64,000 nucleotides of DNA, from the NCBI GenBank assembly GCA_032718475.1, contig JAUCBJ010007698.1, forward strand, positions 1 through 64,000, in the 5' to 3' direction. The position numbers were made by a program, and so were the translations under genes. Below the pieces are notes generated by a model that was not told the origin of the DNA, ran no database searches, and worked only from the letters and a program-made list of their open reading frames with translations. This document shows positions 22,256-35,371 of this stretch, piece after piece; position 1 is the first letter of the stretch, and the number at the start of each line of letters is the position of its first letter. Source of the DNA: Nemertoderma westbladi. Its lineage: Eukaryota; Animalia; Xenacoelomorpha.

Positions 22256-22841
22256 GGAGACACCTTTTTCAAACGCTTGTAGCTAAAGATTGAAAGCAAA
22301 AACAAAAATTCTGGCTCACCCCGTAAGGAGGAGGGAGGTGAAACTATCTCTGTTTCTAATTTCATGCAATCTTATTAAGATTTGAAGAAAAATTTGGCGG
22401 GGGGGGGGGGGGGGGGGGGTCCAGGTACCTGAATGACGACACTATATTCCAGGACATGGTGTATACCGGTAGTATTAAGTTACACGAGACGTTAAATATA
22501 TTATTGGACATGAGAGATGGAAAGTTTAATGTGTAATTTATAGTAACAACTTAGCAGCAAAGATGAGATTAGATAACGAGGATTCTTTATGTCAGAATTT
22601 ATTTGTTACATATTTTACATTTTTTCAGGGAGTTTAATTATTAAATATAATCTTGGAATAATAGAAATAGAGGAACAATTATAAACCCGAATTGGTTGTC
22701 AGGGAAACTCAATACATTATATTATTGTCAGAATGGGGAGGGGAGGGGGGGGGGGGGGGCAGCTGCCAATCAAACTCATATGAAGAGCTACTCATCAACG
22801 CGATGAAACGTACACAATAATAATAAATAAACAGCGGATAC

Positions 22842-23904
22842 CTTTATAGAACTGCGAGCGCTGAAGTGGCTCCCATTGGAACAGAGAATCTAGATACTGC
22901 AGGGTGGAGACGCCGACATCCTGGAAGAAGGGGATCTTGGCAATCTGGTTGGCGTCCGGTCGGACGGAGGGATTCGAGTTGAGCAGCATCCGGACGTGGT
23001 CCCGGATGTCTTCCGGAAGAGATCGCAACAGACCCTGCTGCACTGTCGACAGCTGCTGCACGTTGCTCTTAAAGGTAACAAACTGACCGCGACACTCATA
23101 TAGAGTCTTAGATTTATTGAACACCGAGTAGATGATGATGGCCAGACTGAACATGTCGCTGGCCGGGTCGCAACTGTAAGTGAGTGCGAACTCGGGGGCC
23201 AAGTAGTCGAGATGGGGCCGGTTAATCAGGGGGGTGTCGGCCTCCCAGTCGGTGAACGGGAAGAAAGACTCGCCGTTACTCGAGTTGGTACGACTCGCGA
23301 CGCAGTTGTCGAACCCGAAGAGTTTCCAACCTCCTTTCGCGCTGATCACGACGTTCTCCGGGCAGACGTTGCCGTGCATCATCTTAACGTCGTTGTGAAG
23401 GAAGGAGAGGCCTTCGGAGATCTGCAGGAGACCGTATTTAATCTCGGTATCGTAGAAGGAATATTCCTTGAGTTCGGTTGCTCCAGCGGAAGGGCAGTTC
23501 TCGTAGTTACCGAGGGCATTAGCGAGACTAGCGAACACTGGTTCAGTGGCGAACGCGAGTGTAGACACAGACTCTTCTACCGGACATTCTATTATCAGCA
23601 ACTTCGGGTGTCGCAGTCTAGTTAATTGCTGGACTCCTTTCTTTAGAATCTCGATTGAAACATCACGATCTCGCTTGCGACTAGAATGAAAATCCAACTG
23701 TTTTTTTTCGAGGACGAATATAGAAACCTCCTGCTTGGTGGATCGTTTTGATCCGGTGTATACCTTCCAAAGAAGACCGGGTCCAGCCGAGGCCACGTGT
23801 CGGATAACTTCGTATTCGCGAGTTACCGGGTTCATTAACTGGGTCCCCAGATTGGAAACACTCTGGGTAACACTGGACACCGTAGAACGCAGTTTATTCA
23901 GCAT
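22842..23904 (-). CDS. SCYL2: SCY1-like pseudokinase 2, exon 1: kinase-like domain
   Basis: MLNKLRSTV...NPVTREYEV..HVASAGPGLLWKVY...LTRLRHP...FATEPVFASLAN...EIKYGLLQISEGLSFLH...YLAPE, typical of SCYL2. Confidence 0.93.
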
Positions 23905-24927
23905 GATTTAAACTGCTTTTACAACTCCAAACTCAACTCCAGAACTCCCGGTACTGCTGTACTGCCAGACTGCTGTACTGGCAGACTGAGACTGGTACTT
24001 CTGAACTTGTAGACCAGTACTACCAGCACCAGCCAGATATGCCAGTATGCAGTCAGGCAGTAGACCGATGCGGGTGCGGTAGATGGTAGCGGTAGCAGGG
24101 TAGCCTACTACCGGACTACTGTACTACAGTCTGACAGTTCACAGTTTTAAGAAAAGCCTTCCGCCTTCTGCCTTCCGCACGGCGGCATGCTGGCATGGGC
24201 GGGTACCGGTATATCTATTGCGTAGAGGTATAGAGGTATTATGTGCCCATCTTTATATCTGTGTGTATATGCCCCAAGAGTTTTTTTTTGTTTTTGTTTT
24301 GTATTTGTTTTTACAGAATCTATATCTTAAAGTACTTCGGTTTCTACCTACAAAATTGTTTTTATACTTAATGCAATATATTAGAAATACTGGCAATATT
24401 ACAATACTTAATTAGGCCTAAAATGTAGTTAATAATAAATAAATTAATCGCTGTGTTACTGGTGCCTGAAATAATGGGACTACCCGTCCAGGTACCAGCT
24501 ACACGTAGAGTACATTATGTGCATGCATATATTATATACAATAGTTATCAATTTATTTAGTACAAATTTGCTCTATATCTGTGTAGAAATTGTTAATAAA
24601 TCTTATCTTATCTTATCTTTATCTTATAGCCTAGATAGAGACTAGGCCCTACATGTAGGTAGGTGTAGCGTGTAACCTACATGTAGATACACGTGTAGGG
24701 CTGTAGGGTGAATGTAGGTAGGTGTAGTCCCATAGATATTAAAGTAATTTATGTGTCAATTTTCAGTAACGTGATGCACGGTCGTCAATCAGGGTGTAAT
24801 GGCAATCTCTGATCTCCACGGTACTTCAACCTGCAGATCTGTCTGCTGTCAGACAACAGGCAACAGCTTTTACTGCATACTGTTACTGTATAAACAGCAA
24901 ACATCGTTCTGATTATTTATATTTATG

Positions 24928-24981
24928 ACGAGTAAGGGTCTTCTTGATGAGCCACGGCTAAAGTCCCTTACTTGTAATAAA
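24928..24981 (+). ncRNA. degenerate minimal hammerhead-like motif, probable Penelope-like terminal remnant
   Basis: acgagtaaggg pairs with cccttacttgt around tTGATGA-gcc-ac-ggc-TAAA-gtc; two core mismatches; followed by AATAAA. Confidence 0.4.
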
Positions 24982-25609
24982 TATTATAATTTGAGTATGC
25001 TTGAGAAAGGCATCGATCCATTAGATGAACTTGTTCTAATTTATATGTTGCGGAGTATATATATCCAATCCGGCATAAGGCCCCGGCGGCTTTAATTGAG
25101 TAAAATGGTCTGCCATGTTAAATAAAATTAGTACTCCGCACCAATGACTGACATAAAATTAAAAAAGTAACCTAACAGCCATCATCGCGGGACTACTGTA
25201 TCGTCGACACCATCAACGACTCCCATCTGCCCCTCTTTATCAACCGTCATCCATGGGACTTGAACAGTACTTGATTACAGCATTGAAATGTTTTCGATGT
25301 TTTGTTTTGAAAGTAAAAAATATAGAAATCTGGAAGTTTTGTTTGTTTCAATTTTTCAGGCAGTCACATCCCACCAACCCACAGTACCTTCCCACTACCC
25401 CATGAACATCTGTTTCATTATATAGTGCATTTCTTTAGTATATCATCAGTGGCGGATCTAGGACCTAAATCCCATATCGGACAGTCGGAATAATTCCAAT
25501 CTCGATGATGGGAATTAATCATTAAACCGATGAGATTCAAATCCCATTTCAAATTAACAGCAAAACAATAAACGAAATTCAATAGCTTACAGTTATATTT
25601 GATTGTGTT

Positions 25610-28600
25610 AAAAAAAAGTTTCGGCCGTCTCATCATGCAACAATCGCTGCCTTATTGATTTGAGTCGCCTCAAAGCAAGCGGGTAGTTGTTAACGAGCTT
25701 GGGTTGTCCATTGCGCCACAACATGCCAACCTCGTAGTGGCCATTCGTGGTCTGGCGAATGGTATCTCTCATAATATTTAATGACCGATTTTCCTGTTCT
25801 GACATAGCGGTCTCGTAACTACCGGGTTCTGCTGAGTCCTGTTCTAACCATTTAATGGTCCGTTCAGTCAGCTGTCGGTCAAGCGCTGCTTGCACTGCGC
25901 CATGGTCCTCATCCACGTCTTCGTCCGCTGCGGTGGCTAGCGTCAATGTGTCTGGTAGGCTCGCAAGCCTTCCGGTGTCACTAGTCGGCGTCGAATCGTC
26001 ATGTGGCGGTTTGACAACCTTCTGATCTGTCGGTAGGCTCGCAAGCCTTCCTAGATCAACGACCGGTGTCGAAGCCTGGTGGGTGGGGTCAATGACCTTC
26101 GGATTTTTCGGTAGGCTCGCAAGCCTTCCAAAACCCTCGTTCATCGAGTCATCCACAGCAACAACCCTTTGGTCTTCAGTAGTCAATACAACCTGGTTTA
26201 CTGCAAGTAGTTGTAAGTCAGAGGTCCGTGTGGTCGTGTCCAGATCAGTTACGTCAGTATCGGTGGCATCTGCGTTTGCGACGCAAGTCTGTCGTAGTGC
26301 AGTCTGTACAATTGGACCACAGGAGTGTGAAGGAGAATTATCTATCGTAGTAGTCAATAAACTACATGTACTCAAAACGTCGTCCTCCTGGTCACTTACC
26401 TCTAGTGAATGCACTGGTGCTCTAGTATACCAACCTATGGGAGTTCTACATGCGTAGGGGTCGCCCGCTGTAATAATAGATGGGCGTGTCTCCCATACCT
26501 GATGTAAGTTAAACTGGTCTGTCCCAATCAACATCGCGATTGAATGATAGTTAACAGGACATTCCGGTATTCCAAGGTGTCGGAAATACTTACAATCTTC
26601 CGGTGATTGCTCTGGCACAGGGCCGAGCAAGTTACTAAAGTCCTTCGTAGCTGCAAAGGTCAAATTTCTTACCTGAAGTAATGAGCGCTCCTCCTTGCTG
26701 TGTTCCGCTTTGGAAAGAAGAGTGTCTAAGGTTAGTTTTACTCTCGTCACAGGGATCGCTCTCTTACCATGCATGCTGCTTACAGTATACTGAGCAGTCT
26801 TACCTTTACTCATGTCAGTAACTACGTCGGCTACTTGTTCGTCGACGTAACTATGCGATGACGCAGAGTCTAGGATAGCGTATATACGCTTGCTCCCTCG
26901 GGTTCCGGTAATCTTTATAGGAATCACGCTAAACCCTTTCAATTGGTTCTGTGTGAGGAGTGTTATCGATGGTTGTTCCTCCCCCGCATGCACGTAAAAG
27001 GTGTCGTCTTCCTCCTCGTCCGATGATCCGGATTGATCCATACAGTCTATGTAGAAAGTATGAATCTCGCGAGGCGCATGCTCTTTGTAAAGTGCGTCGC
27101 ATCTAGCTGCTTTATCTGGATGCTCTCGTCGAAAGCGTTTGGTCAGAGTATGACTGTTTGTGTGAAGTAACGCGTCGTGGTTACGTCCACATAGAGGACA
27201 TGTATCGTCGCTCGGGCAATCCTTCTGGACGTGTCCAGGCTTTGTACATCTCCAACAAGAATCTAAAGATCGAATCTGAAGTCTCCTTTCTTCGACTCCT
27301 AACTCCTTAAAGGTGTGACATCCACGTAGTTTATGTCCGCTATGGTTCCTGCTGTTCCGCTCGCAATATGAGCATCCCACAAAGTCCGCCGGCAACTGTT
27401 GTCGTGGCTGCTTGGTGCCGATAGGCGTCAGAACTTTAGAAGTCTCAGTCGGGGTGGCATAGGTAACAGCTTTCGCGTTCGTCGGAAATGGTTTGGTCCG
27501 AGTCGGCGCAGCAATAGCTATCCCTTCTGCCGCTATATGGTTATCGGAATAGTTGGATCGAGTCTCCACTACGGCCTCCCGCGAAATCAGTTGGTAGACG
27601 TCGGTGAGTTTTAATAGCCCACCGGCCTCTTCACGCTGATACTCGATGCGTCGCCATTCTCGTCGTAATCGATGATGAAGTCGACCGATTATCCTAATGA
27701 GAACTGTCGGTGCGTTAGCGTATTCGAGTTGACAATGGACCGTAAAGTCCCTATAGCATTCTTAATTTCGTCCGCTAGTCGTAAAAGATCGATAGGTTTC
27801 GAAATACTTCCTCCTCTACAGAGGTCTTCGATAATGGATTTAGCCATGGCTACGTTGCCGCCGTAAATCGAATATAGACGGTCGTACAGCAACTCAAAGG
27901 CATCTGGAACACCGATGAAGGTTTCCGCTAATCGATTCGGCTCACCAGACAGAACCTGGAGCAAGTAATTAAACTTCTCCGTCGAGGTGAAAGCACACTT
28001 AGCGATCTGGGACTCTACATAGTCTACCAGTGTGCGCCAGTGTTTCGCGTTGCCAGAGAACTTCGGCGGTTGCTGTGCCGGTAATCCGTGTCTAGCCGTG
28101 AATTTCGCAATCTCGTTAACCAAATCCAACTGTCCGCGTCCCTGTTCGGTGGCGTCGTCCAGTCGCTCCCTTCCGCGCGTTGTCCGTAGGTAGGAAATAT
28201 TAACGTGATCCTCTTCTCGATGGTTCGGAGTCTGTCTAGTCTCCTGTTCTCTCCTTGGTGGTCGATGTTGTCTAGGTTGTTCTAATTCCACGCTGGTTCG
28301 TGATTGATCCGACGGTTGCGCTTCGAGTCACTCTTCTAGTTGAGCTAGTCGGTCCACCATCTCGGCGAACTGTTTGGCGCTAATCGCTTCTGCTGGTTGC
28401 AACGTGGGTTTCTGCAGGGGTGTTTCTCGTGGAGGATTTTTGATGAATTGGTTCGTCGATCGTTCCTCTCGTTTGTAATCAGCCGCCGCTCCAGTACAGA
28501 ATATTTCCCGTTCCGTCGACTCCGAGTCACTGGATGAGTCACTGTCGTCCAGATAAGGTGGTTGGCGGGTTCGCATATGGCGTATTACTCTTTGTCGCGT

Positions 28601-31600
28601 TCGTTGAGGTCTAGAATCTACGGTTCTCCGTCGTTCAGTAGGCTCGCAAGCCTTCCACGAAGTCGTAGGTCTCGTTAAACTCTGTTCGATCCTGTGGGTA
28701 CTACCCACATCCATCCTCCTCCATTGTTCGGTAGGCTCGCAAGCCTTCCACGAAGTCGTAGGTCTAGTCGAACATTGTGTCAAAGGTCGAATAAAATAGT
28801 CAGGTTTCGTAGTCGGTCTATAAATGACTGGGTTCGCACAGCACATCACAGATTTAACTGCTAATAGCTTACTTACCTGTTTAACTGTCATAAACGCAGG
28901 TTCCTCTCTTCCTACAAGTAGACTACGACTTACTGTAGGTGGACTATTTACTTGACCTGCTAAAATTGGCGATGAAGTTGCCCTAGGTTGCGGTATTTCC
29001 GTCACAACAAACCTGTTACCTTGCGTCGAGCGCACAGGTGATATTTCTTTAGGTATCGTAACAAAGACCGGTTTTATCGGAGTTGTAGTTTTGAGCATAG
29101 GAATCACTTGCGGAAAACGTTTACAGTAATCCTCGACGAACTCCTCTCCTCGGTCTATCGCTCCCACACTTCCTTCCTCGATTCGCTTCTGAATCCCGCG
29201 ATATCGAGCTTCCATGCGATCCAGGGCAGACAAGTCATGTCCAGCTCGAGATCTTATAGATCTATCTCTCGCGTCGAGTTCGAGGTCCGCTTGCGCGTTC
29301 GCTGCTTCGCACAATCTACGATTTAGTTCGAACTGTAGTTGCATCTCCCTTTCGCGTCGATCTGCTACCTGTTGTTGTGCCGCTAATTCCGCTTCTTGTA
29401 TAGCTAAATGAGCGTTTATCTGTCTCGCTTCCAACCTGGCACGAGCGTCAGATGCCGCCTTATTCCGTGCTAACTCGGCTGCGTTTACCGCCGCAACTCG
29501 TGCTAACTCGTCGGCTGTCGCCTGTTGTGCTAATTCGTCGGCTGCTGCCGCCGCAGCTGCTTCTCGCGCTAAGTCTTCTTCTAATCTCCGCATCTCAGAT
29601 GCTTCGAACTCGGCTTGCGCTTGAAGTTTCGCAAGTTTCGCTACATCGTCTCTGCTTTCTCCTTCGATGTCGATCTGTGCCATCTGCCGTTGCGCTTCTT
29701 CCTCGATGACTCGTTGTCGGCGTGCGACCTCCTGTTGTTGTCGAGTAATTACAGACACTGTCCTACTAACGTCGCCAATGTCGCTCCGTACACTAACGAA
29801 CGATCTATCCAGTGGTGGATTTTGGTAGGCTCGCGAGCCTTCCATAGTTGGAACTTCCGTCGTCCCTTGCAGTTCGACTTCCAGTTCTTCGATCGGTACG
29901 CCGTTTCTACGAAGAAAATTGGTGAGCGTTTCCAACCTCCCGTCCAGGCAATATAGTTCTTCTTCCTCGTTGGGTTCCAATAACGCGTCCGAAACTAACT
30001 CACCTAGTAGTTGGTCAAACTGCTCCTGTTGAGCCAATCTTAGTCTGACTTAAACTGGATGAGGCTTTCCCTCACACTTACCAACTTATCTATTATCTTT
30101 ACCTGAGTAAAGTTGTTGCCACGCAACTCTGCAAGTTCGTGTAAACCTTTAAGTTTATCTACAGAAGCATGTACCCTACTTTCTATCCTTACCTGTAATG
30201 TGTAGAACTCGTATCTCGACATCGGGGCGGTTAACTCCCGTAAAACGCGAAAACCTTCTCCGAAGTTTCGAGTTATCTGGGCCATGTGTCCTCCTATACT
30301 CCTAATGACATTTTCTTGGCTTTCCGCCAAGCTTACCATGTCTGGTTCCCGTGACCTGGTCTGCGGGACTGTAAGGAAATCTTCGATTCTGCCATCGCCA
30401 CGTGTTGCGGCTTCCGGTATTTCCATTCGGGGTACCGGCGACGCACGCGGTGTGACATCGGTGGAATCTCGGGTTCTCCTTCTCGGTTTGTCTACTGTCG
30501 ATCTGTCCGGGTCGCACGAGTCATAGTCGGTAGGTGGGTGTCGAGTCGAATGTGGTGTGTCACTCATGTCTTATTATATACGTCAAGTACGGGTAATAAA
30601 ATGTCAAAGTATCAGAATGTCGAAATGTCAAACGTACCTTGATATATATATATACCATATATATACCCTAACCGGTACAAATAAAATTAACAAAGTCAGA
30701 ATGTCAAAATGTTTAAATGTCCAAATGTCAAACTTACCTTGATATATATATATATACCATATATATACCCTAACCGGTACAAATAAAATTAACAAAGTAT
30801 ATAATAAAATATGTAATAATCTAGCCTACCGGCGAAATTTGTACGAATAAGTGAGATAACAGTATACGTTACCAAAATGTAGATCAACAAGTACAAATAA
30901 TAGGCAAAACAGCAACGTCTAACGGGAAAATAAGTACCAACAACACTACTAATTAGACAGTGAAACCTACAAATTTTGAGTACTACTGTGCTCTTAAGTT
31001 TGAACGACACGAGTCGTAAAACTTACGCTCCTTTGATCTTCCAGTCGTGCAAATTCCTAAATACAAACCGGACGTGGGTCGTTCCGTTTTCGGCGTCGCG
31101 GACGAATTTTGTGTCTCCCAAACTTTGCGAAAAGCGGTCTAATCCCTCGAAGCGGTCCAGAAATGAGTCCTTGAGTCCTGAAAAGTCGAAGGTGAGAGTT
31201 TTACTTCTACTCTACGAAATGTCTTCCTAAGTACCGATACAACTTGGTCTTTAAACCCTATGTACCTTTTCAAGTACCGAAAAGTAACACCGCACACACA
31301 CACGGCGTAAAACAAATTGCTATAAACTAACTATTAGCTAGTCAAATATTAAATACGATATTAATAGCTACCCTAAAGGCCTACTGAAGCAATGTACAAA
31401 ATGTTGCCTTACAGAAAGGACAAATACTATTCCTACTAAATAATTAATAAGAATATCTCTCACTGTTAGATCCTCTATGGTAAGAACTATCCCACGGCCT
31501 ACAAATCTACTAATACGAAGCTATAGAATATCCGTTACTGTAAAGTCCAGTAGTATACCGCTTACCAGATCCTAGTAACGATGTATCTTACCGTAAGATC

Positions 31601-33430
31601 TAGTAATGTAAACGGACTCGTACAGTATCTGACAACAAATCCCAGTCCAGCGTGTCTAAACAAACAGATACAAATACACAAACGACTACTGGCGAGGAGC
31701 AGAGCCTAGTGTCTATTCTACGTACGTGAGAGGGTCTAATGCCTACGAACTAGACAAAAGGAAACCTGTCCTCTAACCGGTGAGGCAGATGTACAGTTAC
31801 GGTGACAGACCAAACTCACGGGAAAACAATCCCCACACAGCGAATCCTAACTATCGCTGACAGACCTAAATACCGTAACTTGCCGCGGTGTGATTTATAT
31901 GGTTTATATACGAGCTAGTGGGTTAACAGACCTAGCGTAACAATACTGACACTTGTACAAAATCAGTCTAAAGGGGGTCGTGCCTAATGTACAATACCGC
32001 TGCTCAGACAAACAACAGTCTAATAAATAAATACTCCTTCTTGCCGTAACTAAATATCAGATCCTAAATTTACAAATACGAATAGTAAATTACAGATAAA
32101 TTCTGCCTAGAAGTAATCTAAAGTGCGTTATAACTAGTAGAGCTCTAAGGGTACATATGTTTTAGGGCATGTGTGTGTGGGTGTGTTACAATAAAACAAT
32201 TTTGGTGTATCTCGTTGTACTAGGTTTTAGTGATTTTCTGACCAAAACAATACTGTACGCTAGCTACGAAAATAAGCTAGTCGCGTTCTGTAGAATTTTA
32301 TACTTACAAATGACGTCAAAGCTCTCTCCTTCCTATCCACAACTCAACCGGGCAATTGCGGTGTTAGTAACTACACCCGTGATCGGCACAAATACCAGAT
32401 TCTGGTTGTAAGATAAGAAATAGGGGTTAATTGCTACCGTATGTTAGCTGATCTGGTATACAAATTTGATTCTAGAACTTTGTTGCCGCAGTGGTTAGCA
32501 GCAATACCTATCAGTACGTGGCAAGGCGCGGTAGGATATTAATAAACCTCCCTAGGACAAGCGAAGTGCCGGTAGCAGAAATACTCCTTTCCTGATCAAA
32601 TAACTCAGGTTCAGACAGGGGGGGGGTACTAATGTATTCTACAAAGCAAACCGGTACCGAACTGCCAGTATTGCGATTCACTAAATTATTGAACATATGC
32701 TGTCTGTACCTAATATGTACTCGTGTACTGACGAACGGCAATAGTTCACACCTGTGAGTGATACAGGTTAACCCAGGGATTTGCAGTACAGGGTTCGGTC
32801 TGAATCTAGTTATCTGATCCTAAATTTTACGGCGTCCCAGGACGGCGTCACGCTTACCCTGATCTATAGGTCTTACGTTGGGGCAAGGGCGTCAAACAAA
32901 GTCTTACCTTCCTCGGAAATCGGGCGCTGCATGGCAAGGTGGAGTATTTCGAAGGGGCGAAGGGCGTGCGCGGTCTAATATAATGTGGGCACTAGCATTG
33001 TGGACATCTTCCCTGCATTGCTGACGGCCTAACGGTCTAGGCGGCCATCCTCCCAATGCTTGGCTGTCCCAATGGTGGGCAATTGGAAATATACATGTCC
33101 AAATGTTTACAGTATATTTACAGTTTACAAAGATTTATCAAACAGATTTACATAAGTTCCAACACGAAACTTAACAAATGTAACTAAAGAAGTGTTTGAT
33201 ACAAAGAGATAATGTCAAAAAATTAACATTAGAAGTGAAGGCATAAGGGGTATGATTAGATACAAGGTGATAACCGAAGGCAAACCGGCCCTTATATAGT
33301 AAATCTGGGACATAGAATCCGCTAGAACCTTCCAGAGCATTCCATGGCCTCACATTGGAGCAATAAGATGTTCCATGCCCTATGATTGGCCCAACTCATC
33401 GTTCCATATGCTGTACGCACCTCATTGGTT
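25610..33430 (-). mobile_element. degenerate, 3'-truncated BEL/Pao LTR retrotransposon (gag-protease; RT, RNase H and integrase missing)
   Basis: ORF pieces 30040-30567, 28328-30037, 27689-28291 and 25608-27569; DUF1759-like PPKFSGNAKHW..EKFNYL; three Cys/His knuckles (CSYC..H..C, CWRCTKPGHVQKDC, CPLCGRNHDALLH); protease AILDSASSHSYV; YEVGMLWR..NNYPLALRRL. Two frameshifts and one in-frame stop. Right boundary uncertain (TATA about 33295, CCAAT boxes upstream on minus). Confidence 0.9.
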
Positions 33431-33473
33431 TATCAAATTAGATCAAATGAAAATAAATTGCCCAAAAATGCAA

Positions 33474-33548
33474 ATTTCCCGACTGGGATTCGAACTCGTA
33501 ACCTATCTGTAATGTAACCAATGCCTTAACCATCCGACCACTGCGCCA
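33474..33548 (-). mobile_element. tRNA-derived SINE head
   Basis: Minus strand gtggtcggatggttaagg (A-box-like) and gagttcgaatccc (B box). Confidence 0.55.
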
Positions 33549-33789
33549 TTAGATTACCTACGGGTTTTATGTGTACCAATATGAATAGGCATATTACATT
33601 ACTGTAATTTAATCAAAATGCGTTGGATTTTAGAAAGTTTTTACGTTAAACTACAAATGCTACTTTATAGTGAAATAATGATTTCGGGTTGTCATCTATA
33701 TAAATATCCCGTTTGATATTATTTATGACCGGAGGTGGAAATTCATCCCTATGGTCATCAGCCGTGCGATGCAGTCGCAAGTCGGGTGG

Positions 33790-35230
33790 TGTATCTAATA
33801 GATTAGTCATCGGAGACACAATGTCGGGTTCACTGTTCCTATTTGGTCTTGGTCTGAGGACAGGGATGCGTCACTATCACTGTCGGTTTGGTCAGGGGTA
33901 GTCAAGACGTCCTCTTCTGTCTCTATGATCTCATTGCAAAGTGGGTCGCTAAATTGCAAGTGTTGGTGTCTGTACTTGTCAGTCCTTTTCATTCTAATAG
34001 AGTTTTCCGGGAAGGCCCTGTGCAGAAACATCCCACTCTCGTCTGACATTGGTTCCGGATGTCTGGGTCGTTTCTCCAGAATTTCTAAGGCCTTGGGTAC
34101 ATTTTGGCCTATCACCATCTGTACGCCTGGGTAGTCTGGGGTAAAATGGGGAATATTATGATTACGTATCGATGATTACGTATACGATTACTGGTATCTT
34201 GTGGGGTGGACAGGGATGCCTTATAATACTTTGTCTCAATGGTAGATTGCAAACGTTTCATTATCACAGATAATGTTAGTTTCATGTCATGGCCCTGTTC
34301 CCTGGCGAACAAGGATTCGGCTAACTCTGTGTCTATGAAGGTGCCCGTACTTCCTGTGTCCATTAAGGCATTTACCACAACTACTTCCCGCATGGAGCCA
34401 GACTTGAAGCACCGGACACTCTCTGACTCCGGCATACTGAAATGACCAGGTGTTGGGATTGTTCTCAATTTTGAGACAATCTTCTGCTACGGGTTCCTCC
34501 TAGGTAAAGGCTTCATACACACTGACATGGTTACAACATTCATCGTCATCGGTAAACTCTCCAGGGTAGAATGCATCCGGTCCTTCATCAGATGAGTCTG
34601 TCTCACAATCGGTGAAGTGTACACGTTGGGCTATCTCTCCCTTCGGGGCCTGGTCTAGGTGTAGCAAAGGGTGACGGGAGCCCTGACACACCGGACACGT
34701 TTTTACATTTATTAGTCTACACTTACGTCGCAAATGTCCCGGTCTAAGACACAAGAAGCATGTCAACAAGTCCAAAGCCGTCTGTCGTCTCTCCTTTAGT
34801 GTCTTTTTTAAGAAGGGCATTACATTTCGCAAGTGGATATGTGTCTATTTTACAAAGAGGGCACTTAAGGTTGGTGGTGCCAGCTGTGATTGTATTATAG
34901 ATCTTTGTGGTCGTCTTATGGTAATCCACATATGCTTTCTTGGGGGGGCTATTAGCCTTGGGAGGAGATCCTATTTGGTTTGCCTTGGCCGCTGTATTTA
35001 TTTTCACCTCTGGAGTTTACGTCACAGTAATATATGCTTTCACATCTCTCTGTGTCTGAACCAGAGTGATCAGAGAGACACTCTTCATAGTTGGTGACAT
35101 AAGTGTATCACTTCCTGGTTGATTTCTTATCAGTGTTTTTCGTGTCTGAACGGGTGCTTCTTTCCCGGTTCACTGTGATAAGATACGTGGAGGTCTCGGC
35201 CTTCAAGAAACCTCTAAACGAGTCCATACC
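33790..35230 (-). mobile_element. BEL/Pao gag-protease fragment (second family), frameshifted
   Basis: CPLCKIDTYPLAKC, CFLCLRPGHLRRKC, CPVCQGSRHPLLH and protease ALMDTGSTGTFI spread over four broken ORFs. Confidence 0.85.
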
Positions 35231-35321
35231 GGGGAAACATCCATGTTTAAGTTTAAGGGATTAATAAAGGCAAGGAAGGGTCTTTCACCACGTGGATATT
35301 TAAAAATTGAAGTTAGTTATT

Positions 35322-35364
35322 TACCATATGGCCATTTCACCCTCGCGGGCGTCTTCAGCAGTAT
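35322..35364 (-). ncRNA. minimal type I hammerhead-like motif (Penelope-type)
   Basis: Minus strand tactg-CTGAAGA-c-gccc-gcga-gggt-GAAA-tggccat-a-tggta: GNRA-capped stem II, palindromic stem III (atggccat), weak 5-bp stem I. Confidence 0.5.
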
Positions 35365-35371
35365 ATTCAAT

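Larger units (their letters stand above)
19724..22841 (-). other. single GT-AG intron of SCYL2 (3118 bp, phase 1)
   Basis: Donor AAAG|gtatcc at 22842/22841 and acceptor tctag at 19724 restore a continuous SCYL2 reading frame. Confidence 0.85.

Noticed and set aside
30030-30060. Programmed -1 frameshift between BEL gag ORFs
   Set aside because: No slippery heptamer in the short overlap, and the element has other disabling lesions; BEL/Pao elements normally have one ORF.
8341-33548. Functional tRNA genes at 8341, 13437 and 33474
   Set aside because: A and B boxes present, but acceptor and anticodon stems do not pair cleanly; treated as SINE heads.
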